This document shows, piece after piece, positions 1 to 7,430 of a DNA stretch of 15,465 nucleotides (position 1 is its first letter; the number at the start of each line of letters is the position of its first letter). The notes under the pieces are model-generated. The model did no database searches. It had not been told where the DNA came from and saw nothing but the letters and a program-made list of their open reading frames with translations. A program made the translations under genes and the position numbers. The DNA lies in sequence record NC_001338.1; one strand, given 5' to 3'.

Positions 1-222
1 TTCGCCCGCTTACCGACGTACTTCGGTGAGGAACCGGTAACGGAGTTAGCGGAATACGCCCATAAGTTGAAACATTATCTCGTTTCGAAAGGAGGAAGAG
101 GAAGGAGGGATATACTGAGAGTCCTACGCGTTAGTTCAGGTCAGACAAGAGAGAACGTAAACAAATCAATTCTGAAACAATTATTTGACCATGGTAAGGA
201 ACATGAAGATGAAGAAGAGTAA
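1..222 (+). CDS. a154: 3' part of A154 (joins 15223..15465 across the circular junction); conserved fusellovirus protein, partner of B251
   Basis: Hand translation FARLPTYFGEEP...HEDEEE*, TAA at 220-222; 81 + 73 codons = 154 aa. Confidence 0.93.
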   Translation, partial: FARLPTYFGEEPVTELAEYAHKLKHYLVSKGGRGRRDILRVLRVSSGQTRENVNKSILKQLFDHGKEHEDEEE

Positions 223-946
223 TGAATGGTTATGGTTAGGGACTAAAATTATAAACGCCCATAAGACTAACGGCTTTGAAAGTGCGATTATTTTCGGGAA
301 ACAAGGTACGGGAAAGACTACTTACGCCCTTAAGGTGGCAAAAGAAGTTTACCAGAGATTAGGACATGAACCGGACAAGGCATGGGAACTGGCCCTTGAC
401 TCTTTATTCTTTGAGCTTAAAGATGCATTGAGGATAATGAAAATATTCAGGCAAAATGATAGGACAATACCAATAATAATTTTCGACGATGCTGGGATAT
501 GGCTTCAAAAATATTTATGGTATAAGGAAGAGATGATAAAGTTTTACCGTATATATAACATTATTAGGAATATAGTAAGCGGGGTGATCTTCACTACCCC
601 TTCCCCTAACGATATAGCGTTTTATGTGAGGGAAAAGGGGTGGAAGCTGATAATGATAACGAGAAACGGAAGACAACCTGACGGTACGCCAAAGGCAGTA
701 GCTAAAATAGCGGTGAATAAGATAACGATTATAAAAGGAAAAATAACAAATAAGATGAAATGGAGGACAGTAGACGATTATACGGTCAAGCTTCCGGATT
801 GGGTATATAAAGAATATGTGGAAAGAAGAAAGGTTTATGAGGAAAAATTGTTGGAGGAGTTGGATGAGGTTTTAGATAGTGATAACAAAACGGAAAACCC
901 GTCAAACCCATCACTACTAACGAAAATTGACGACGTAACAAGATAG
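191..946 (+). CDS. b251: B251 P-loop ATPase (described as DnaA-like or as a candidate packaging ATPase)
   Basis: Walker A GKQGTGKT, Walker B IIIFDD. ATG at 191 gives 251 aa (track's 185 start is TTG); ATG at 203, after ggtaagga, is an alternative start. Confidence 0.93.
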   Translation: MVRNMKMKKSNEWLWLGTKIINAHKTNGFESAIIFGKQGTGKTTYALKVAKEVYQRLGHEPDKAWELALDSLFFELKDALRIMKIFRQNDRTIPIIIFDDAGIWLQKYLWYKEEMIKFYRIYNIIRNIVSGVIFTTPSPNDIAFYVREKGWKLIMITRNGRQPDGTPKAVAKIAVNKITIIKGKITNKMKWRTVDDYTVKLPDWVYKEYVERRKVYEEKLLEELDEVLDSDNKTENPSNPSLLTKIDDVTR

Positions 947-960
947 TGATACGGGTAATG

Positions 961-1968
<1,008 letters not shown>

Positions 1969-1982
1969 TTCGCCTCACAGTA

Positions 1983-2147
1983 TTATGGTTGCCAAAACGG
2001 GCTTATAAGCATTGGCAACCCGTTAATTTTTGCCGTTAAAACACGTTGAATTGAAAGAAGACGGCAAAGAATCCACACAGGTAATACTAAAAAAGTAGTA
2101 TTACTTACATTAGAAGGACTCATTTGTCCACCTTGTATTCTAGCCAT
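1983..2147 (-). CDS. e54: E54, small ORF of doubtful coding status (46 aa if started at 2123)
   Basis: Hand translation MARIQGGQMSPSNVSN...SPFWQP*; overlaps f92 and spans a hairpin/T-run and a palindrome. Confidence 0.3.
   Translation of the reverse strand: MARIQGGQMSPSNVSNTTFLVLPVWILCRLLSIQRVLTAKINGLPMLISPFWQP
1987..2020 (-). promoter_or_regulatory. Inverted repeat enclosing a TATA-like palindrome upstream of int
   Basis: ggttgccaa (1987-1995) / ttggcaacc (2012-2020) around gcttataagc (2001-2010); gtgagg SD-like motif before the int ATG. Confidence 0.5.
2081..2104 (-). terminator. Probable terminator of the minus-strand early (T5) transcript
   Basis: gtaatacta / tagtattac 9-bp arms; T6 run on the minus strand (aaaaaa at 2089-2094), ~25 nt after the f92 stop. 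Confidence 0.55.
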
Positions 2148-2398
2148 GCTATCTCTGCCTTCAGCTCATCTAGCTTCCCCTTTATGTCTGTCAGGTCAAG
2201 GGGAACTCCTCTCATTAACCTGAGTTCGTTTTCGATTTTTTCAAGCTCCTTTTCCAACTCCTCTAGTTTCTCTAATTCCTTTAGTCGTTCTTCCAATTTC
2301 TTTTCCAATTTCCCCTTTGCGTCATTTATAATTATGCTTACTACCCAAACAATTCCTAAATCAGAAATAATTATTAACTCCTCTGAGTTGAATATCAT
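2120..2398 (-). CDS. f92: F92, N-terminal hydrophobic segment plus K/E/L coiled coil
   Basis: Hydrophobic LIIISDLGIVWVVSIII then KLEKKLEERLKELEKLEELEKELEK heptads; ATGA overlap with d244 stop. Confidence 0.85.
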   Translation of the reverse strand: MIFNSEELIIISDLGIVWVVSIIINDAKGKLEKKLEERLKELEKLEELEKELEKIENELRLMRGVPLDLTDIKGKLDELKAEIAWLEYKVDK

Positions 2399-3129
2399 TT
2401 TCCGCCCCTCGCTAAATACTCCTTAAAGCTCTGATAGAACCCCTTCAGACTAACCCGTAAGTCTGTTAGGTTCTTCCAGTATTGTAATGGGATTAAGTAA
2501 TAGTAGCTTACTGCATCTCTCTCAAATTTGTCCTTCTTAATCTTTCCTTGCTTTTCTAAGTTGAGTATTTGCAGTGCTGAGATACATTTTAACTTGTCCT
2601 CAGCATCTGAATAGTGTATAAACCAAACCCTCCCCATAACCTCATTCTGCTTTGCAACTTCTACTTTAGTGCTTAATATTGCGTAAACGCTTTCGCCGTA
2701 TCTTTCTTTGCTCTGTTCTTCAGTCCATGAACTTCCCGTAATATCTATCCAAATTAAAGGATAATATTCTGTCTTAGCCTTAACGTATAAAGTCAAATCG
2801 TATTTATCTTGCAGACCGCTATAGTATTGCTCATTTATTACATTAGTTAAAGTCCCCACGCCAGTTGGGCGGATATAAACATCAAAGTCTAACAAACCCT
2901 TAGCCCGCCACTTTGATAAAGAGATTAAGAGCTTTCCAAAAACTAGGTATTCTCGCCCTAAATAAGTTGAAGGGAGGATATAATCCTCAGCTTGATTACC
3001 CCAATACTTTAGCTTAAAATTAGTTTCAGCCATCTCACTCACCATATTGAAACGTGGGCTAGTATGTGAATCAGTACTGATGCTATTGCAAATAACACAC
3101 TTGCAGTAGCAATTCCTATTACAATCCAT
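2395..3129 (-). CDS. d244: D244, PD-(D/E)xK-fold nuclease-like protein; likely true start 3033 (212 aa)
   Basis: Recognised SSV1 ORF; recalled homolog SSV-RH D212 has a resolvase-like nuclease fold. Met33 (3033) follows GGTGA overlapping the e178 stop. Confidence 0.85.
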   Translation of the reverse strand: MDCNRNCYCKCVICNSISTDSHTSPRFNMVSEMAETNFKLKYWGNQAEDYILPSTYLGREYLVFGKLLISLSKWRAKGLLDFDVYIRPTGVGTLTNVINEQYYSGLQDKYDLTLYVKAKTEYYPLIWIDITGSSWTEEQSKERYGESVYAILSTKVEVAKQNEVMGRVWFIHYSDAEDKLKCISALQILNLEKQGKIKKDKFERDAVSYYYLIPLQYWKNLTDLRVSLKGFYQSFKEYLARGGK

Positions 3130-3575
3130 TTACCATAATCCACCTTAGTTTGTTGGTCAATATACTCGTTGATGATCTTTAGTATTTCTGGCTTTAGTTC
3201 TGATAATGAAAGGAAGACAGAGGCATAAAGTACTAAGGAGGATGTGAACAGATTATCCGCCTTTTCTGAAAGTTTATAAAGCTCATATCTTGCTCTCTCA
3301 TAATCTTCATAATTAATAATTTCATCAAACTTTTCTACTTGCTCTTCATATTCTTTCTTCAGAGAGTAAGGAGTTGTCTTTTCAATTACTCCTAATTTTA
3401 TTAACTTCTTAACAGCTTCCTTAAATCCTTGTTTATTGCTAGCATACGCTAAAGGGTCTTTTCCTTCTTGAGAAGCTCTATAGATAACTATAGCACCATA
3501 AACAATATTTACAATATCGTATGGTAAGGAATACGCACCGATTTGGGCAATATCTTCAACTCTTCTTTGATCCAT
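3039..3575 (-). CDS. e178: E178, helical protein with C-terminal transmembrane helix
   Basis: GGTGA SD at the f93 stop; C-terminal WIVIGIATASVLFAIASVLIHIL. Confidence 0.85.
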   Translation of the reverse strand: MDQRRVEDIAQIGAYSLPYDIVNIVYGAIVIYRASQEGKDPLAYASNKQGFKEAVKKLIKLGVIEKTTPYSLKKEYEEQVEKFDEIINYEDYERARYELYKLSEKADNLFTSSLVLYASVFLSLSELKPEILKIINEYIDQQTKVDYGKWIVIGIATASVLFAIASVLIHILAHVSIW

Positions 3576-3580
3576 CTAGT

Positions 3581-3862
3581 TCACCTCTTTTTGATTTGTT
3601 TGTAGGTTTCTATCGCAGTTTTCAGCGATATCGCAAATAGCTTCCCCTTTTCCGTTAGGTATAGCCTCTTTTCGCCTCTTTCTTGACGCTCTTTCACGAA
3701 GCCCTCTTGTATTAGGAACTTTTTTGCATCATAAAAGGTGGCAGTGGACATGGGAAATTCTGCGTTTACTTTCTTGTATAGGTCATATGTTGCTATTCCT
3801 TCATTATCATATAGATAAGCCAATACTATGGCTTCGGGGTAGAAGAATGGTGTACTTTTCAT
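3581..3862 (-). CDS. f93: F93 winged-helix DNA-binding protein (MarR/PadR-like)
   Basis: STATFYDAKKFLIQEGFVKERQERGEKRLYLTEKG wHTH signature; gaggagga SD. Confidence 0.93.
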   Translation of the reverse strand: MKSTPFFYPEAIVLAYLYDNEGIATYDLYKKVNAEFPMSTATFYDAKKFLIQEGFVKERQERGEKRLYLTEKGKLFAISLKTAIETYKQIKKR

Positions 3863-3869
3863 ATCCTCC

Positions 3870-4025
3870 TCACTCCTCAGCCTCTAATAGCTTAACTGCC
3901 TCCTCTATCAACTGTCCCATTGTCTTTCCAGTCTTTGCCTTAAGCCTCTGCAGAGTCTCATATGTTTCCTCACTTATTGAAATGTTAAGCCTTTTGACTA
4001 TCCTATCTTTCCTCTTCTCTATCAT
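3870..4025 (-). CDS. e51: E51 ribbon-helix-helix (CopG-like) protein; not in the ORF track
   Basis: Hand translation MIEKRKDRIVKRLNISISEETYETLQRLKAKTGKTMGQLIEEAVKLLEAEE*; starts directly after the e96 stop. Confidence 0.9.
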   Translation of the reverse strand: MIEKRKDRIVKRLNISISEETYETLQRLKAKTGKTMGQLIEEAVKLLEAEE

Positions 4026-4316
4026 TTAGGTCACCTTGTTTATTGTTATTTGAAATACGTATCCGTCTTCGTCACATCGAAGTATAATTTTGTATCCATT
4101 ATTAGCATATTCTACGTCAAAGTTCCCACAACAATAATTCGGGTCTTCGGACTCGTTATAGACTTTGCTCCAACCATCTTTTTGTAGTGCCTCTTCTAAG
4201 TAGTCTACTCTGATGAAGCCTTCATCATATTCGTTCAGTACCCTAAAGCTTATACTATCAATGCCTAATACGTCTAATAGCTTCAACAGATCGAATATAG
4301 GAACTTGCACCATCAT
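4026..4316 (-). CDS. e96: E96, unknown function
   Basis: 96-aa ORF packed between d63 and e51. Confidence 0.85.
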   Translation of the reverse strand: MMVQVPIFDLLKLLDVLGIDSISFRVLNEYDEGFIRVDYLEEALQKDGWSKVYNESEDPNYCCGNFDVEYANNGYKIILRCDEDGYVFQITINKVT

Positions 4317-4317
4317 T

Positions 4318-4509
4318 TCAGCTCACCTTAATGAGCTGATATAATTCCGCTTCTATCTTTTGAACTTGGAAGTATGCCTTGCCTAGCTTTTGCTTATCCA
4401 TATTGCCCGTTATTCTATCAATCTTAATCTCGTGGATTAATGATAATAGCTCTCTGACATCCTCATCAAGCATTTCAAATAATTCTTTCTCTAAGACTTC
4501 TTTACTCAT
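4318..4509 (-). CDS. d63: D63 helix-turn-helix hairpin (Rop-like four-helix-bundle dimer)
   Basis: Two amphipathic helices; GGTGA SD 6 nt upstream; fold recalled from the SSV1 structural literature. Confidence 0.9.
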
Positions 4510-4615
4510 TGTTTTTCACCTTAGCAAACTCATCTAACGTTGTTTGTCTCAGTTCTCTTTTCTTTATCAAATAAAATTCCGAATGTCCCTTCTTATTGTT
4601 ATTACTGTACTTCAT
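4502..4615 (-). CDS. 37-aa micro-ORF with PIP-box-like motif (QTTLDEFA); not among the SSV1 ORF names I recall
   Basis: [37 protein letters not shown]; fills the f112-d63 gap, AGTGA SD-like motif 6 nt upstream, 8-nt overlap with the d63 start. Confidence 0.5.
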
Positions 4616-4621
4616 GTCAGT

Positions 4622-4960
4622 TCACTGCTTTGCCTTTATAAATCCTTGATCCGTTTGCTCAAAATTTGCGGGCTGGGCATCAAATATCTTAGCTATATTG
4701 TCTTGTGTTTGCTCTTGTTTTTGTTCTTCTTTCTGCTCTTGCTTAATCCATTTGAACGTTGTCTTTCTGTTTTTGTATTGTACTTCACACTCGTCTGGAT
4801 GTCTTTCGCAAATAGCTTTCAATGCTCTCTGTATGTTATACGCACTCGGGACTGAAATCTCAAATTGAGCTAGTATATCCTCTAACGTTAATTCACCTTT
4901 CTTTTCAAGAATTTTATACATTATTTCCGCCATCTTGTATGAATTTAGAGTTTGTGCCAT
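4622..4960 (-). CDS. f112: F112 winged-helix protein with C-x6-C pair and Q/E-rich tail
   Basis: LTLEDILAQFEISVPSAYNIQRAL HTH; CERHPDEC; first gene after the T5 promoter. Confidence 0.92.
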   Translation of the reverse strand: MAQTLNSYKMAEIMYKILEKKGELTLEDILAQFEISVPSAYNIQRALKAICERHPDECEVQYKNRKTTFKWIKQEQKEEQKQEQTQDNIAKIFDAQPANFEQTDQGFIKAKQ

Positions 4961-4971
4961 ATTCCCATCCC

Positions 4972-5034
4972 ACTCTATCTATACTCTATGTATAAATTAG
5001 TATTTAAGTCTTACTCTATCTATACTCTATCTAT
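4972..5034 (-). promoter_or_regulatory. T5 promoter: TATA box between two tandem 11-bp operator pairs (F55 sites)
   Basis: actctatctat 4972-4982, actctatgtat 4983-4993, minus-strand cttaaata 5001-5008, actctatctat x2 5013-5034. Confidence 0.92.
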
Positions 5035-5072
5035 CTCTCTATATACACAGTGTTTGGGTAACTGGCAAAATT

Positions 5073-5167
5073 CTGTCTGACTGCTGTCTGACAAGAGTTT
5101 ACTCTATCTCTCTATATCTATATACACAAACAGAGTTAGTCGACTCTGTGTATCTTATGTATCTTAT
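5073..5167 (+). promoter_or_regulatory. Upstream region of the UV-inducible transcript (Tind): several short repeats, no canonical TATA box
   Basis: ctgtctgac x2 (5073, 5084), acagagt/actctgt inverted pair (5130-5149), gtatcttat x2 (5150-5167). Confidence 0.65.
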
Positions 5168-5176
5168 ACAAAAAAT

Positions 5177-5326
5177 ATGGGATGTGCAAAATCTGAGCTA
5201 CTAATACTGCTTGAATATATAGATAGAGAGTGTAAGGACTACGAGAGTTGTAAAAGAATAATAGTAGAGCTAGAAGAGAGAGTGAAGAAAATAGCTTTCG
5301 TAGAAGCAATAAATGATTTGTTCTAA
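5177..5326 (+). CDS. b49: B49, product of the UV-inducible immediate-early transcript; not in the ORF track
   Basis: Hand translation MGCAKSELLILLEYIDRECKDYESCKRIIVELEERVKKIAFVEAINDLF*. Confidence 0.88.
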   Translation: MGCAKSELLILLEYIDRECKDYESCKRIIVELEERVKKIAFVEAINDLF

Positions 5327-5330
5327 ACTA

Positions 5331-5340
5331 CTTTTTTCTC
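5331..5340 (+). terminator. Oligo-T terminator of Tind
   Basis: cttttttctc 5 nt after the b49 stop. Confidence 0.7.
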
Positions 5341-5489
5341 TCTATCTCTATATCTATATATATACATAACTAAAACTAAAAGAATAAACAAAAAACTAAC
5401 AAAATCAACTCACCATTATACAAACTCAGAAAAACTATTTTTTTGTTATACTCTTACCCCATATATATATAGATATATAGATAGAGAGA
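5337..5489. repeat. 28-bp inverted repeat (1 mismatch) around a 97-bp AT-rich spacer; candidate replication origin
   Basis: Arms 5337-5364 and 5462-5489; spacer has 3 G on the plus strand. Confidence 0.7.
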
Positions 5490-5509
5490 GATAGAGTATA
5501 GTAGGGCAT

Positions 5510-5677
5510 TTAAGATTTTAGAAGTTCTTCAATGCGTCTTCTGATTGCATCTGCAACAAACTCTTGTCTGCTTATATATCCGCCCTTGCCTGACGCTATT
5601 AGTTCATCTATTTGTTTTGCTAATTCGATTGGAATCGAAACGGTCACATATTCTTTTTTGACTGATTTCCTCGGCAT
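5510..5677 (-). CDS. f55: F55 ribbon-helix-helix repressor of the carrier state; not in the ORF track
   Basis: Hand translation MPRKSVKKEYVTVSIPIELAKQIDELIASGKGGYISRQEFVADAIRRRIEELLKS*; CopG/NikR-type RHH pattern. Confidence 0.95.
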   Translation of the reverse strand: MPRKSVKKEYVTVSIPIELAKQIDELIASGKGGYISRQEFVADAIRRRIEELLKS

Positions 5678-5712
5678 ACGCTATCTATACTATATTAATA
5701 TGATAATATTAA
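5678..5712 (-). promoter_or_regulatory. f55 (Tlys) promoter with autoregulatory operator at the start site
   Basis: Minus-strand ATAGATAGCGT abuts the ATG (5678-5688); AT-rich TATA-like sequence ~5703-5712. Confidence 0.75.
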
Positions 5713-5726
5713 ATGATTCACGATAT

Positions 5727-5787
5727 ATAGATAGAGTATAGATAGAGTAAAGTTTAAATACTTATATAGATAGAGTATAGATAGAGG
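5727..5787 (+). promoter_or_regulatory. T6 promoter: TATA box between two tandem ATAGATAGAGT pairs
   Basis: Repeats 5727-5748 and 5766-5787; tttaaata 5753-5760. Confidence 0.92.
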
Positions 5788-5796
5788 GTTCAAAAA

Positions 5797-6099
5797 ATGG
5801 TTTCACCCCAAACCCGAAAAGAAGAAGAGTTATTAGAAAAACAAAATTCAGTTTTTTATTTGTTAACTTTAGGAAGGAAACCGTATGGTTCATATTTGCA
5901 TATAAAAATTGAACTAGACGAAGATGAAAAATTAGAGAAGGAAATCTATGCGGATAACATTAAGCTAGAGAATGAATTAAGACAACTGAAGAGGTTGTAT
6001 GAAGTATATCAGAGCGTAGAGATTGACGATGCTCAGAAAGCAATACAGAAGGAAGCATTACTGACGATAGCGAAAATACTAAGTGTTTTTGACTTCTGA
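5797..6099 (+). CDS. a100: A100, unknown function
   Basis: First ORF after the T6 promoter; charged helical protein. Confidence 0.88.
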
Positions 6100-6100
6100 G

Positions 6101-6518
6101 GAGGCTGAGGGGCAATGAAGGCTGAGGAAACAATCGTGGAACAGATTCAGGACATAATTCAAAAACTTCGCTATTATACAGGAAGATCAAATAGACATTT
6201 CAAGATGATTAGAAACTATTATGAGGAGTGTATAATAATAGTAGACGCTGAGGAGTTTATACAAGAAAATAACACTCTAAGCATTACTGTATATTCTGAG
6301 GATCTTATATATTATACTGTTGATATCCCGCTGAATTTCATTAAACATGTATTCGTATCCGCTTCGATTGATCAGCTCAATGATCAGCTTCAGCTAAAAT
6401 ATAATGAGGGTCTGATTAGAGTTTCTCTTACTTTGAACGATGACTTATGTGAGAAACTGAGAAGCTCATACTGCGGTGATATTACATTCTTTAATGAGGC
6501 TGAGGGGCAATGAAGGCT
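6101..6518 (+). repeat. 23-bp perfect direct repeat (gaggctgaggggcaatgaaggct) at 6101-6123 and 6496-6518
   Basis: Read directly; each copy holds an SD-like motif and the codons M-K-A. Confidence 0.95.
6115..6513 (+). CDS. a132: A132, unknown function
   Basis: SD-like gaggggc; ATGA overlap with c80. Confidence 0.85.
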
Positions 6519-6752
6519 AGGGTTGAATACATCAAATTACCTAGATGTTACACAAAAACTTATAGAAAAATCGAAGCGAAAAAGAACAACGACGGTACAA
6601 TAGAATTAACGTTAGAGGAAACAATGCAAGTAATATCCTTTAAACTACCCCCGGCGTTAAATGCAAAACTAGAACAAATTGCGATCAAAGAAAAGAAAAG
6701 CAAGAGTGAAATTATTCGAATAGCGTTAGCGAGGTATGTAGAAAATGTTTAG
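6510..6752 (+). CDS. c80: C80, C-terminal ribbon-helix-helix protein
   Basis: [33 protein letters not shown]. Confidence 0.92.
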
Positions 6753-6984
6753 ATGCCCCATCTGCGGGTTCAAAACGCTGAGATTGTTCGCGCTTAAACA
6801 ACATACTCGAAGGGAGCATGTGTTGGTCAAATGTCCCATATGCGGGTTCACGGGGAAGCATTTATCTCAACATTTCTATAGTAGGTATGATATTGACCAT
6901 CTCATATACTGCTACCTATTCTCTTCTTTCAGATTGCCTAAGAATGTTAGGTTAGCAATAAAGAGAAAATTAGAGGTTGAGTGA
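6745..6984 (+). CDS. a79: A79, two C2H2-type zinc fingers
   Basis: CPIC-x12-H-x4-H and a second, shorter CPIC...H unit. Confidence 0.9.
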   Translation: MFRCPICGFKTLRLFALKQHTRREHVLVKCPICGFTGKHLSQHFYSRYDIDHLIYCYLFSSFRLPKNVRLAIKRKLEVE

Positions 6985-6987
6985 ATA

Positions 6988-7125
6988 ATGTATCAATGTC
7001 TACGTTGTGGTGGTATATTTAATAAAAGAAGAGAAGTGGTTGAGCATTTGCTTGTAGGGCATAAGCACAAGGATAGACTAACACTGGACTTTTATTATAT
7101 CTACTTCAGGGTGAGAGGACAATGA
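6988..7125 (+). CDS. a45: A45, single C2H2 zinc finger; not in the ORF track
   Basis: Hand translation MYQCLRCGGIFNKRREVVEHLLVGHKHKDRLTLDFYYIYFRVRGQ*. Confidence 0.88.
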   Translation: MYQCLRCGGIFNKRREVVEHLLVGHKHKDRLTLDFYYIYFRVRGQ

Positions 7126-7430
7126 ACCTAATTGATATCATCTTATTTTACGGCTTTCAATTCAACGATTATTGGACAACTGTCTTAGGGTTGAGAGTGG
7201 GTGCGGAAGAGAAGAATCCCATAGCGGGTCTGTTCATTTCATCACCGTATCGTTTAGCGTTGTTTAAGTTTGGCCTTATCACCATTGGTATGTTTATATT
7301 AATTTATGTTGTTAGATTCAAGACATGGACAGAGATCGTATTGACTGTAACAGACGTTGTCGAATGCCTTGTCACGCTGAATAATACCCTTACGATTAGG
7401 AGGTACAAAAGGAGGGGCGTTAGAGGATGA
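7122..7430 (+). CDS. c102b: 102-aa membrane protein, DUF5658-like (a/b suffix recalled, not certain)
   Basis: D-x-x-TT...G..E.NP motif followed by hydrophobic helices. Confidence 0.8.
   Translation: MNLIDIILFYGFQFNDYWTTVLGLRVGAEEKNPIAGLFISSPYRLALFKFGLITIGMFILIYVVRFKTWTEIVLTVTDVVECLVTLNNTLTIRRYKRRGVRG

Noticed and set aside
2124-2426. Ser/Phe-rich 100-aa plus-strand ORF
   Set aside because: Antisense shadow of the f92 coiled-coil codons.
3034-3129. Zinc finger at the D244 N-terminus (CNRNCYCKCVIC)
   Set aside because: Alternate-frame reading of e178 transmembrane codons; better start at 3033.
4660-4705. Second PIP box in the F112 tail (QDNIAKIF)
   Set aside because: Weak match inside a Gln-rich tract where chance hits are likely.
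3724-4855. Plus-strand ORFs 3724..4029 and 4544..4855
   Set aside because: Antisense to f93/e51 and f112; hydrophobicity mirrors K/E/Q-rich codons.
3870-4960. Anti-CRISPR locus (small early genes next to an RHH regulator)
   Set aside because: Layout is compatible, but I recognise no Acr or Aca family; would need a profile search or functional test.
5532-5741. 69-aa plus-strand ORF
   Set aside because: Antisense to f55 and its promoter.
4972-5787. CRISPR or mini-CRISPR array
   Set aside because: Units are 9-11 bp, abutting, in both orientations, with no unique spacers; they are operators.
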